Assembly: GCA_040954595.2 (NCBI GenBank)
Contig: CM082593.2
Coordinates: 3,551,434-3,615,433, forward strand
Length of the DNA stretch: 64,000 bases
Direction of reading: 5' to 3'
Source: Balanoglossus misakiensis
Taxonomy: Eukaryota > Animalia > Hemichordata
Part shown: one piece after another, positions 30,118 through 49,194 of the stretch
How the letters are laid out: the number at the start of each line of letters is the position of its first letter
Numbering within the stretch: the stretch's first letter is position 1
Program-made: the position numbers and the translations under genes
Notes under the pieces: generated by a model
The model's database searches: none
Told to the model about the DNA's origin: nothing
The model's input: the letters and a program-made list of their open reading frames with translations, nothing else

Positions 30118-33100
30118 CCCTCGTTATTCTACTATCTATAAAACACAGAGTAACCTACCTCAGGGTTCTCCTTGAAAGCTTTCTTGACTCTTTTGATCAT
30201 TCTCGATCTCTTGTTATCAGTAAAGCCAGCATAGACAACCAAAGACTCTGCAAATTCACCCTCTGTTATCTTGCCATCTTCAGGTTCAAATCTTTCAAAC
30301 TGAAAAAGAACAAGAGGAAACGCAGTCAAGTATGTGAAATGCAAATCAGGCAAATTTCAGATAATCAGAATGGTGTTACATAATTCTCTCTCGTCTCTCA
30401 CCTCTAGTCTTAGTATTTCTTGCTGAAGTTTCCGTTGGAATTCGATGAACTTCTGAAAGGTGAGTTTGTGGTCCATCTTCTCGCCGAAGAAGTACGTCGT
30501 AAGGGCACTGTTCGTGTGAGAATCTAGGGTACTGCCGGTGACTGCGTGGTCGCGATGACGCTTTCCTGTGCTGGTCTGCGCACGAATGATATCTGTAACC
30601 TTTACAGAAAACGGACAAGTCATTGTGAGTGGAAAACATCTTCAAAGCTGATCACACTGCAGTAACTCCATACACAATTCATGAAATAGTTTCTTACAAG
30701 AGTGGGCAACTTTGATTTCTTACAAGATTATTTAAAGGCTTGTTCCTACACCACAACAAGGACTAAACTGTCAATGAAAATGAACAAGAAATATCAATGC
30801 TTACCTTTTCAAACTCATCTGGTTGTATCTCTCCATTGCCATCCAAATCAAACATTCTGAATGCTATCTCAAAGTGCTTGGGTGGAGCTGAAAGTCAAAT
30901 ATAAACCACTCTCATATCAAGTTCAATAAAGTTAAAATAATCTGAAATCCACCAATTCTCTCGAATCAATCAGAGCTTAACCTTCTGACCACACCACACC
31001 AAGACGTGCAAACATATTCATACTTACTGGAGAGCACAGTCAGAAGGAAGATGTAATCTGAGAAGGAAATGAGACCACACTGGCCAAGGGTGTTGAATAT
31101 ACTGTCTTCTCCAGTAAACTTGGATGCACCAGCATGCTTCTGTAGAGAAATAAAAATGGGAAAAGAATAAATGAAAATCCTTAATTTACCATAGGTAGTG
31201 TTGATCAATCATTTATAATTGAAGTAAAATGTTCTTGAAACAAGTATTTTATGTCATTTTGTGAAAACTGCAGTGAATATTACAAGAAAATAGAAATTTT
31301 TGCAACAAATTCTGAATGAAACTATTAGAGTACAGAACATCAAAACAAGGAAAGCGAAACAATTCAAACAACAAGTCTCAAAAGAGAAGTCATGCAGAAA
31401 AAATACAGAGGTTTGTTCAAACAAGATTCAGTCTAATCTGTAACTAATTATGCTACAATTCATGTAATGTGTCATATGCATTAACTGAACTAAAATGATT
31501 GCATGAAAGAAATCCAAAATATTCAATCAAAGATTACATCACTACCCTTTTAACCTGTCAACCACCTAATTCCTGGGAACATTGGGTGGGTAGTTACGAG
31601 AAATGCATTAAATCACCAATTTTCTGTCACGACTGTAAGTGTGACCGACATGTACATAAAGATATGAGTTAATTCACCTTTTGTGTGGCAGATACATTAT
31701 TGGGAATTTTGGTGTTACTGCGCGGTATTATTACTGCTAGCATAGACACTTAAGTTCTTCTTGCGTGAGTATCAACGCCTAGCAGCTAGACAAGTTTATA
31801 CTGCTTTGGGTTTATTGAGCTGGTGAGAGAAGTATTTGGCACTGCACACCAGAACTTACAAGGAACACCTGCAAATAATGCTTCTGGTAGTCATAGCTGG
31901 TGGTACTGAGCTTTTTAAAGGTTGAAGATTAGAACTTTCGCACTGCACACCGGCACTCCGAAGGAAAACCAACAACTGGTGCTAGTTTCAGCTGGTATTA
32001 TTATGCGCTTGTTGTGCACAGAGATTTAGATCGTGTGAATAAAATTGGAATATTTGAAGATATGAAAGCTTGTGAAAGCAGTTTTGAAATCGTTTACTGT
32101 ACTCTACCTGTGTATATGCTTCATTTGACTCCAATGACTGACTGTCACTCTAGAATTTGAAAAATGCTTGTGTGTGTTACATTACATTACGAGACGAGAC
32201 AATGGAAAATAAAGCTGACAGTAATAATGACCTGTTATAAACCTGCGAGGTGTAGACACTGTTATATTGTGTGCATTTAGGTGTAATGTGAATGGCAGAA
32301 GACATATTTGAGTGTGTCTGCATGTATGTGCATTTATCAGACTGTCAAATGGAAGAACATTAAAACTGTACTTAAACGATGTGAAATCACAAATCTGCAA
32401 TGGAATTCACTATGAGTGAAAATAAAATGACTATCTACAGGTACCTTAACACCATGGGATTCTAACGACTGCACCACTAACTTGTCATGATCCTGCAAAA
32501 TGATTTGACTACTTTTACTGCATGATGAGAGTCACTCTTTTCTAATCTAGTTTCATGAATAGAAGCTACAAAAAATCCCTAACCCTAACATCCATGTCAA
32601 ACAACAATTTCTGGAGACGCTGATAGCGGTTCACTTCACTGACACTGGCCTGCAAAAGATCGTATAGAAAGACTGGAGACAGATTCTTTGCACATCACGG
32701 CACGATTTTTGTGTACGTGGGTAGGTGACTGATACTAACAGTATGTACAGGAAATGTTGAAATACGATGAAAGAAATATTCCTACCTTTGGGTCATATCT
32801 CTTGAATTTATCAAGACCAAGTCCTGTATGAACAGAGAATACAATTATCGTTGATTATTAATTCACAATAGACAGGAACAAGATCAGTCCAGTCACTCAG
32901 GTGAGAACCATAATTCTCAAGTGATGAGCTTACCTTCTGGTTGCTTTGCATCCGGGGTGATAGACCTGACAAAATCTTCCGGAGTCATGTAGATGTAATC
33001 GCCACTCTCTGTTCTCACCATCAAAGTGGCAAAGTATCGGAAAATCTTATCTGGTGTGGAGTACGCCCGTATACGATTTTCATATTCTATCACCTGAAAA

Positions 33101-33733
33101 CAGAAAAGAATTATCCTTCTGTTATGGCACTTGAAGAATTCAATGATTTCAGGGTGTCAGATGAAGGAATGCTTGGATCTGAGGTCAAATAGACAATACA
33201 GGTGTTCAAACATCGGGGAGTAAATGCCAGCAACTAAACATACTCTTCTATCTCTGAATCCAGGCCTCTTCTTTTTCTTTTTATGACCATCAACTTCATC
33301 TTCAGAATCTTCCCCGGTAGAAACCTGCTTTTCCTCTTGAGTGGCCTCTACTGTGCTTCCGACCGAGGCAAAGAATTTTCTGCATTTGAAAAAGCAAGTA
33401 TTACTACTACCACAACTAAATATATGTCCTGAATATGGCAGATCGTACATGTATTGTATGAAAGCAACACACCTCTTCACTGATATACAATTACATGCTA
33501 TTGAAGTGTGTCATAATTTCTATATGCAATAAAAATGATGACCTTTGAACTTCTGTCAAGTACTCTTGAACATACCTCCTCCACAGCCAAACTGCTGTTG
33601 TCATGCCAACTGTACCTCCTACTGCTGACACTATTATAACATTAAATGCAGGTGATCTTGGTAAAGTTGAGACATGTCTTCTGTGTAAGATTGGTAATAC
33701 TCGCAATGTTCTTCTAAGTGTTGAACGTAACAT
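29324..33733 (-). CDS. MICU1: Mitochondrial calcium uptake protein 1 (EF-hand gatekeeper of the uniporter), multi-exon
   Basis: Arg-rich presequence, then a hydrophobic segment, [54 protein letters not shown]-hands [12 protein letters not shown] and [12 protein letters not shown], and C-terminal MWKCAK. A probable non-coding first exon has its donor near 34116. Confidence 0.95.
30047..30117. repeat. (TGA)n microsatellite in a MICU1 intron
   Basis: About 23 perfect TGA units. Confidence 0.97.
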
Positions 33734-34116
33734 CTTGGTAATGTCTTAAACTGACCTGGGAATAAACTGTAATTATATGGGTGCTATGAATGAGGTTTTG
33801 ATTATATACATCATGAGCTGCAATAATTGTAGCCAGTGGCTGTGGGGTTAGGGTGGGCCGGCTGGTTCTCACCCTACTTAACCCTAACCCCATGCCCCTC
33901 CAGGTTACAATTTGTTGCCCCCCCCCCCCCAATTTGTTTCCATGTCAGTGATTCCGACGCCTATGGTACATGTAGTGAGTGACCGAGTACATACACGACA
34001 TTTGCAGGTAGGTCACACCCCTAACTTGCGCTCAATGGAATCTTTTCAACAGACCGAAAGATCTTATAATAAAATGAAAACTGTCAGTAAACTATCTCTA
34101 TGACTCGATCAACTTA

Positions 34117-34432
34117 CAATTTTGTTTCGTCCCTTGTCCCGTGCGATTTTGAAGACCACTGCCTATCCCACTACATATATATTTGTTGACATCGTAATAA
34201 TCAACTGAAAGTATATAAACTGTGTTTTCGTCAGAAGTGCTATGTTATTTTTACCAGCTAATTAATGCAAATAATTATACATGTTAAGCAAAGTATTCCT
34301 TTCATTCAATTATTTTGCTAGTTTTTGCATTTATCTTGTATTAGATGAATTTTACAGATAGTTATTGTTTGAATGTTGTGCTAGATTTTACGCAATGCTA
34401 TGTAAGTTTTTTTGCGGTATCCCAAGATGGCG
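34117..34432. promoter_or_regulatory. Probable bidirectional promoter between MICU1 and MCU
   Basis: The divergent genes have the putative MICU1 non-coding exon donor (~34116) about 310 bp from the MCU ATG; YY1-like CAAGATGGCG overlaps the MCU start. Confidence 0.6.
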
Positions 34433-37400
34433 TCCTCAGGTTGGTTTCGTGTGTTTCCAGCAGTGGGTCGTGTATTTATCGGCAAGTGCGCTGCAAAGGG
34501 CTTTAGACCGAGCAAAATTTTGGTAGGTACACCTAGTTGAATATGTGATCATTGCTCCTGCTTTGTGCAGTGTGTAATCACCATTGTTTTCCCTTCTTGA
34601 TTGAGTGATCGCTGTCACAAGTTCAATGTTTACACCCGGCTGCGGCAGTGATCATCAACTACAAGCTTGTTTGCCACCCGGCCCAGGGGCTTGCCAAAGT
34701 TGGCTTCGATCGGTGTAAGGCGAAAAACGTATGAAGTATTTTAAACCAAAAATAGCATGGCATACGGGTGCCTGAAGTTTTTTGTATATTTTTAATTTGA
34801 ACGAAGTGCTTGGGTACAACCAACAATCGCTGTGTGTGTGTTTATGATCGCATGTCAGTTTCGTGCGGGGGTTGTAGGTTTCCGCGGCTCAGTGCGCGTG
34901 TGAAATGGACATATACGCGATAACCACGGAACGGCTCACAAGTGTGGGTGTGGTCACCAAATAATTTAAAAATATAAACCGATCCATTGACAGAAAACTA
35001 GCCCCCTTTGTGCCAATATTCAGATAGTTGAACAAGAGGCGATTAATTAGCGCAGCAAACTTACTTGGGCTAAACAATTTCCTGTGCCTACATAAAGATG
35101 TTTGAGAATTTGGCTAATCTAATTACATAACTGGGGAACCACAATGAAGTTGTTTCAAGACCCAGAAAAAAAACAATTGCATTGATGTTGTTGTGGATAT
35201 GTTTTGCTGCCTAATTAATAAGTAAAGCTTCATTAATGTAACAAAATACCCTAGGGTGTAATTGGCATATTGCCCATCTGAGCTTGGATGAGTAAATTGG
35301 ATTTTTTTGTACATAATTGTGATTATAATTGTTTTATTCAGCTGTTTCATTATAACTTTTCAGGTATAGCTTAGTGCCATGCCCAGGCACAACTAGCAGA
35401 GGGGCTTGTATACTCACAATATAGTTTCTGTATTGGTTAATTAACCCTCATCTTCTGTCTATCTTTATTCTGATAGCCTTTGCCATGTTGTGTACATTGG
35501 CAAGGTTCAGCTGCACTGTGCTCAGCTTCCTCGGAAAATAACGGTAAGTACTCTTGTGAATGCTTAATGCTTAATATGTCACACAAAATTAATGGTTGAC
35601 TGCAATCATACCGGACCCATTCCTCATCAGCAGTTGTACATTGGTACGTTTACTGAATCCTAGCCCGGAGACCAGGGCGTCGATCCGGGCTAACTGAATC
35701 CTGAAGAGGAACCGATTATTAAAAATACTTTTGACAAATAAACAGTTTAATCTTTCCCATGCAGTATTTAAATTTATCATTCAGCCATCTACAGTGAGCA
35801 TATATTAAGAGCAACAGCATTATGCGATTCTGTATGTCACGAAAATGTTGTATTTCAACACATTGATTGATGTTGAGAAACTGTAACAGCTTTCGCCTGA
35901 GGCTGTCAAGGCCTCTGCTTTGCCATAGCAACCGAAAAATCGAGCATACACGGGGAACAATTGGGAATGGCGATGATGTCAGCACCAGCTGGCAATTCCA
36001 TCAGTCCGCCACTGGCTGAATACATTTACAGTAGCTCTCACATCAGGATTTCTATTCATGAAACGATCCCACTGTTCGCTTGCTGGGACTCTGTGCGCCT
36101 GTTTATTCTCATCTCCAGTTAAACAGATGTGAAAGATCGCTTTACAGATCACATCAGGCACTGACCGCAGATCTTCAAATTCTGTCCAGAATGATTCCCG
36201 ACAGCCCCTGGAGTGGAACAGCTGTGTCTTGCATATCATTTTGTGTTTTTTTATTCATGCGTGACTGTTGCAGATTCATATATGAAAGCCTCGATTGTGA
36301 AATATCTACCAGTATAATTCTGAAATCAACCCGAGGGCCGTGCCGTAATTCACAGTAATTGACGCAATGCTCAGTGGAACGCTTTCAAATCCCAACAGAC
36401 TCTGAAATAAATTGTGTTCTTGAAATACGTTTAGGACTGTAGATATCCGCGCCTTATTCTGTGTGGTCTAGTTTCTTAGCCATGTTTTGTCCGCAGTATA
36501 CTTTATGTTACTAGACTATATTTTAGGGTTGACATATATAATAAATTTATTACAACATTGAATACTTTACCATGGCTGAGTTGTTACACGCAAGAATTCT
36601 CTATCAAGACAGCATCCATGTACATGAATACAATTGCTGAGTCCACCTATCACGCGAAGGAGATAATGGCAGGGAACTGTAAAAAAAATATTTAAAAGCG
36701 AGATAACTGCACAACTATGAATGTATCTCATCATGAGATAAGGGAAAGTAGCATTGAATCAGGAACTAGGAACAGATAAAAGTCAGAGCTTGTGGAAAAT
36801 GAAATTAGGGTTGGGTGTAGTCGTCAGGACATTAGCAATTGATTGTGTCGATAGCAAACTGTAAATGCAATCGCCGTAAAGTGCATCTGTCGATTTTGTT
36901 TTAGGTGAAGTGAGATCAACGATCAGGTGACCAGCAATGTAAAATGTGCAAGGACAGAAATTTTCTCTGCAAGTGAAATTTTATCTAAGTGTAAATCTGC
37001 AGTCGCGGCGATGTTTCAAGCTCTTGTTGGCTTTATTAGTAGAACGTCGTCTTTAGTGTGTAAATTTAACCGCGAGCATTCATGTTGCAGTCAGCTTGCA
37101 TTGAAATGAACACTTGATGGCTGAGAAATCAATCTGGACGCAGTCGTCAGAATTCTGATCACGCTGCGATTAGTTCCTTGATGTGCATACACAGGACAGG
37201 AAAGCCAATGTTTGTTGACCTTATACCCATTTGTAGTGTTGATCACTGTTTAACCGTAAAGTTATCCACTTAACCAGTGTTTGTAATCAATTTCAGGAAC
37301 AGATAAAATATTTACAGAATACAGTCTGTGTAATATTATAGCATACAGGTCTGTATAATACAGTGTAATTTACTGAAGGAAGAATGTAATACAGTGTAAA

Positions 37401-39786
37401 TTATAGAAGACATAGGCTGCAATGAGTGTAATATAATGGAATTTACAGAATACATACTTGTACACAAATTTATTCTGCATAGTACAGTGTTATTTACAAA
37501 TTACATAACTGTAATACTATTAGTGTATTAGTATTAATTAACAGATTACATAGTATGTGCAGTGTAGCTGCTAATTACATTTGTACTTTAACAAGATAAT
37601 TCAGGTTTGAAATAGAGTGTGAGGAGTTACTAGATTTCCCCTTTCCTATTTTCCCATCCACAGCTATAAGCTGTGCGTATCGCAATGGCTTGCCGGTACT
37701 GAATGTGCCACTTCCATCTCGGAAAGAACAGTGCCAGTTTACATTGAAGCCATTTACACAGAATGTCGGCGATCTGATCCAGCAACTGAAATCCGAAGAT
37801 GGTGGCATAGAGAGAGCTGCTGTCTACAGCAAAGGTAGAGTGATTTTTAAAACTCTAGATTCCCCATCAGTTTCCTCTAGTCGCAATCCATCTGCCCAAG
37901 AAACCATACAAAAAGCAGTTCTCTGTATAAAATGAACTCTGTCCATAGCAACTGCAAGATTAAAAGTAACTGGGAATGTTGCCATGGAAATATAAGGATT
38001 TCAATATTGACGCTGGCTTCTTTCCCCTGCAGTGAGAACAATTAAATCTAAAAATATTTCCTACTTGTCGCTTTTTGTTTCCAGATGGTGTGAAGGTTGC
38101 TAAAGCAACTGGTATAGATACGCTGCTGAGAGAAGATTTCAAATTGATAATAAATGAAACTTCCTATGATGTTAATCCTCCACCACAAGGTATGAGATTT
38201 GTGTGTGTTTGTGTGTATTTATGTTCAGTCATAATTGAGAGCATAGGAGTATTGGTGCAAAGTAGTAATGGTTTAAGAAAGATTGAATGATAATGATTGA
38301 TTCTTTTTGCCATTTAACAGTGGTGCTTGACAGCGAGGATGTTGAGAAACTCTCTGATGTGAAATCCCTCATACAACAGCTGTATTCAACCCTGAATGTT
38401 GAGCAGCACCAGTTTCACCACGAGAAAGTCTTGATTAAAAGACTAGAAGATTTGAAAGAAAAAATACAACCTTATGAAACGGTTAGTATGATGAAGTCAA
38501 TCAGTATGTACACTGCTGTGTTGAATGTGTTTTCATTCGTCTCCCATTGATGATAAATTATAGTTAGATGGAGCCTTTAAAGTTGGTGCAAGTCAATTAA
38601 GTGTCATAATTAAATTCTTATGTCGTTTTCAGTTGAAACAAGAACTAGATGACAAAGCAGCCAGACGTACAAACATGTTAGTCTGGGGAGGTCTGGCCTA
38701 CATGTCGCTTCAGTTTGGCTTCCTTGCAAGACTGACTTGGTGGGAATATTCCTGGGATATTATGGAACCTGTCACCTATTTCGTTGGCTACGGCACAGCT
38801 ATGTTGTTCTATGCATACTACGTTCTCACAAGAGAGGTGAGTGTGGTTTAGTGATATGGGGGTTACACACACAATAGAGCCATGGACGGACAAGGGCTCC
38901 TCCGTGGGCAGGTCCAACACGTGTACGGAAACTCAGTCAATACATGACCCTATTTTATGTATAATCCTTTCCTTAAAATTGTTACAAAATTTACATGCTA
39001 ATGAATTGGCATCCAGCCAAAGTAAAATGATGCAGGTACATATACAGGGATGCATCAGTCATTTATAGAACATCACATGTTGCACAAATACAGAATGTAT
39101 TTTTTCTGTTTTTATGATTGAATGCCATAGCTTATGGGAGTAGGTGTATTATACTATTAAACCAAACATTTGGACATGTTTCTAAAGATAGTAATTTCTG
39201 TGTCCAGGGATGTAGAAAATAGCTAGCAGCTGGCAAAAACAACTAGTGTCAGCAAAAATTTTGACGGCTGTGAAATCAGGGACATTTGCAGAAATATAAT
39301 GAGCTCATATGCTACTTGGAACCAGCTGTATCAAATTGCAAACATACCTGTTTACTCCTGTTTGCTTGTCTGTCACTGATTTGTCTTGGTTTGTTGACAC
39401 ACAACAGGAGTATACCTTCCAAGGAGCACACGACAGACAATATCTGATCACCTTCCACAAGGGTGCCAAAAAGAAGCAGTTGAATTTGGGCGAGTACAAT
39501 GTACTGAGAGACCAAATAGCAAAGGTGAGTCGTGCTGTACATTAACCCTTTTACCCCCAGTTCCCTCTGGCATGCTTCTGGAGTCTGTTATCATTCAAGA
39601 AATTTACATTACTCTTAGGAAGCCTTTGAAAGTTGTTGTTAAACAATCTGCTTCTTTTCACAATTGCAGGCTGAGTATGATTTGCAGAGACTACGAGACC
39701 CACTGCAGCTGAATCTACCAATCCTCCAGCCACCATCCAACAAAGTCCAACCACCACAACTACCAGAGGCAAACCTAGCATCATAA
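34427..39786 (+). CDS. MCU: Mitochondrial calcium uniporter pore subunit, multi-exon
   Basis: Exon 1 [15 protein letters not shown]...KIL|gtaggt; probable exon 2 at 35478-35544; then [45 protein letters not shown] (DIME selectivity filter) and [14 protein letters not shown]; TAA at 39784-39786. The first two exons are inferred from phase compatibility. Confidence 0.95.
37310..37530. repeat. Degenerate AT-rich minisatellite in an MCU intron
   Basis: Recurring ATTTACAGAATACA and TAATACAGTGTAA words at roughly 30-40 bp spacing. Confidence 0.55.
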
Positions 39787-41630
39787 ATGAACTAACGGAA
39801 AAAAAAATAACCATGCTTCGGTAGAATTTTATAACAAGTATTAAAGGAAAAAGTTGTACTATAAACATAGAAACTTGCGGGTGAATTCATTTGACACATT
39901 TTTGTATGTACATTGCATTGCTATGATTAATCTCTTTCTAAAATTCATCCTTTCTCTCTGTGGTTTATTTTGCCACAGGTTTCGACCTGCAAGTTCTGAT
40001 AATCTACTCTGACAGCACATTGTCTGTTTGAATAGTTGTATGAATCAAATTAGTACAGCCAAGAGCCACCTGTACATAATAATTAGAGAAATGATGCTAG
40101 CAGATGCTGTTTTAAGTTGATTTAGATATTAAAATTCAAACAATGTTCTTTGGGGTATCGTGAAGAGCGCGCCCTCATGCAAGCAGTTTTTTGATGCACA
40201 AAAGATTTTCAGTGTAATTTAAATTGATCAAACTTTTCTTTTGAAAGAAGCATACATTTTACGAGTGCCAGTAATTGCGCATGAAAGGCCCTGATTGTAG
40301 GAAACCAAAGATTTCGAAAAGGTGCAACCAGAGAATAATTTGAGTATCTTTTTATTGTGCAAAGAAGCCTGGGGATGTACTATCTTGGCCTTTATCTTTC
40401 ACATTTACATAATTAATTGCTATACAGTGTAATTGCATTTTCTTACTTTTGGATATGTACACTACTTCACGCCAACGGCAACAGTCAAAAGTTTAGTTGT
40501 AATTTTTGCTCAATCTGACGATATGATATTACTGGTATTTTCAACTGTACCAATTTTAATGGTACATCCTTAATTTTTTTCCATTATAAAAATGAACGTT
40601 TGGTGAAACAACACATTTTTCTCTTGGGGTAGTTCTTCAGAGATTCTTACATTTCTCACAATTCAATTAAGGTTAAGAAAATCTAATGTAAAAAAAAATT
40701 AAATTGTAAGTGATGTATAGATTCAGCAATTTTTTTGCTCTGTAAATTTTAGAGACTAGTTGTAAAAGCCATTCTTTACAAATTCACGTAATAAAACTTT
40801 TTTTAGCAGAGTAAGATTTGCCTAGTGCTATGTTTATGTGTTGCACACAAGCAAGACTATCTATACAAGCAAAACCAACTAGTATCAACAAACTTTATTG
40901 TCAACAGTAATTAACAAAAATATATGCAGGTTGTCTTCTCCTGCTCTGTCAAATAAAACCAAACAAAATACTCTAAAGTCTAAGGGAAGTCTCGTACATC
41001 TGTACCTATATATCACAGCTCACTGCTGTATAACACACAGCCAATTTGGTTTTGTTTTCCACATGACCAAAATATATCACACAAATGTTTTGGCACTCAA
41101 TGGAAAATATTTCAAAACACACGGTTATTGTAGTGGTCAAAGCTGGTTCAAAAAATAATCATATCCTTACTACAAAAACAAAACAAAACAGTAAACACAT
41201 CCACTGCCTTGGACGAAAACAATTGCTGACAGAATAATTCCATTGTTCCTTATGTAAAGGTTTCTGACCTAATATGCAGTCATAAAGAGTTACAATCATG
41301 ATTGCTCTCCTAAAAATCTCTCTCCATGATTAAAATCCAACAAAACTCCTACAATTAAAACCTAATAAGCAGCTAAAAACAGAATTGAATACTGGTCATG
41401 TAAAAGGTTTTTTTTTCAATTCTAATGGTGATCACTGCCGTTAGTTAAGGCTCTAACAAAAAGACACAAACGTCACTTCTAAGAAATGATAAATTTACTA
41501 CATAACTGTTGGAAGTTGTACTGTATCAAGGCAGAGTTACTTTCTCATGTTAGATACAGGTTGCAAGTATCCATAGTTTTTGATTTGTAGAAGCTTTTGT
41601 ATGCATGCAATAACTGGTCACATAGTCAAA

Positions 41631-41740
41631 CTAAAGGGAAGGGGCCGTCGCGACGCGTGCATGTCCCCCTTGATGAGAATATGTCCACCTATACCAGCGC
41701 AAACCTCACTGCACTCACCACAACCTAATAGGATCTTCAA
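41631..41740. mobile_element. Truncated, inverted copy of the 58404-58645 MITE downstream of the PIWIL2 stop
   Basis: AAAGGGAAGGGGCCGTCGCGACGCGTGCATGTCCCCCTTGATGAGAA...TAATAGGATCTTCA aligns by eye with the reverse complement of ~58537-58645. Confidence 0.65.
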
Positions 41741-41983
41741 AATTTTTTCTCAATAACAACGAACAATCTTTAAAACTAACATCTGCTGGATATTTTTTCA
41801 CACTTCCATGCTGCTCATACACAATGACACAAAATTATCACATGATTTTCATCACTGCACTTATTGCTGCGGGCTAACCAGCCACTACAGCTGTAGACTC
41901 ACCACACCACATGGATTGGGTTTAAACCGGACCACAGTAAAGCTACCATCTCTGATCTTCACCTGTTTTCTGGCTCGCCATTT

Positions 41984-47762
<5,779 letters not shown>

Positions 47763-49120
47763 TCCTCACAAAGTGAGCGATGATCAACTATGAACAGATA
47801 ATATAAATGATTATACCCAAAAAGATTTCCAATAAAAGTTTTTTTATAACGTCTAAAACCTGCTTTCCCTGCCCACATCACTTTAAAATAACATGCATTG
47901 CGACTTTCCAGTCCCCCCCCCCCCCCTCCGCCTCTTCTATCCCCTTATGAGGTGAACCTAACACGTTGCCACTCGATCATTGCTCGATTGAGGCGACACT
48001 GTAGATGAGATTCTTCACGCACTTTTCAGCAGATTCCGAATATTCCTTAGCATACTACTTTAATCTGCTAATTCACTCAGTTAGTCTTCCAAACAACAAA
48101 CCACCGACAAATACACGGGCAGCTAGTAGAAAAAGCATAACATGCACGCCGTCGCGTCAATGTTGCGATTTTTCTCCCGCCACTCGTTCCCAAAACTCAT
48201 CAGACAGGGCTTTGCAAGATACAATACTACTACAATGTAAAAGCTTACATCCCGAAGAGGAAACCAAACGCTACTGGAAATATGCGCATTTCAAACATTT
48301 GTAAATTTCATGTTCGTTTCGCACCCAGCAATGGCAGCGTGTTCCATCATTGGGCTGTCACTGTACAAAATAATAGGATACGTGCGCCATCACTTGCCAC
48401 GTTGGATTCTGATGGTGCAAAAATTGCCCGTTTTTGCAGTTCTGACCGTTCCTTCAGCTCAAAAACTTACCGATAGGATCCCTTTCCTCAAATAGTCAAT
48501 GAACGATTGCAGAAAAATGGATACGATCGAATTACTCTATCAAAACGTCAAACTTTCACCATCATTCAAACTTTCTCCTCCATCGAGGGTGCTCGGTTCT
48601 TGTGTATTTAACTTTCGGCCTTTGTCGGCTCCCAGCGACATGAGCCGAAGTACAGAGGCCTGTCCATATATGGAATGGGGACTATACCATACATGATGTA
48701 GGGTAGGCAATCGCACACACCGTAATGCGCAACTGGCCATAAACATTTCGAAGTATATTTTCCCTCACAAACATTGCCCGGGATACATTGTACTGGCAAG
48801 AGTTTACATGTAACAAGGCAAGGCCATGCCATAAAGATATCTGACTGCGAATAACAACACGCCATTGTAAAAAAAAATCATCTTGCATACTAGTATACAT
48901 TAGACTGGGGATGGATAGCAAACAACAGTTCATACTACTAGTATACAATATAAACGTTGTTGTAACTTTTCTCGGTCACTGCTGACTCTCAGATTATAAA
49001 ACGGTGGAATAATCTGCGTTAGAACATTCAAAACCGAAGAAGTCCCTCGTCAGCAGTTTCAATGAGCTTGTCCCTACTTGCCCTGAATGACTCAACCCAT
49101 GTTGAGAGATCGCAGAACTG

Positions 49121-49194
49121 TCCAATCAGATGTCTTATTATAATTAGCTAACCATTCGCGCCATTTTGATTTACTTGGCGCGTACATTTCGCGC
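49121..49194 (+). promoter_or_regulatory. PCNA proximal promoter: CCAAT box, three E2F-like sites and a YY1-like motif
   Basis: CCAATCA at 49121, TTCGCGCC at 49155-49162, TTGGCGCG at 49175-49182, TTTCGCGC at 49187-49194, and CGCCATTTT overlapping the first E2F site; about 170-240 bp upstream of the ATG. PCNA is a well-established E2F target. Confidence 0.7.

Noticed and set aside
30036-30383. Poly-Met ORF on the plus strand
   Set aside because: A (TGA)n microsatellite in a MICU1 intron, plus antisense read-through of a MICU1 exon.
31554-31750. Further candidate MICU1 cassette exons (donor AAG|gtgaat at ~31677; 18-nt segment near 31554-31571)
   Set aside because: The first has no in-phase acceptor before an in-frame TAA; the second contains a stop and has a weak donor.
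33843-33891. GGGGTTAGGGT...ACCCTAACCCC inverted repeat with telomere-like hexamers (also CCCTAACCCTAA near 32577)
   Set aside because: Too short for an interstitial telomere or a definable element; at most a repeat remnant.
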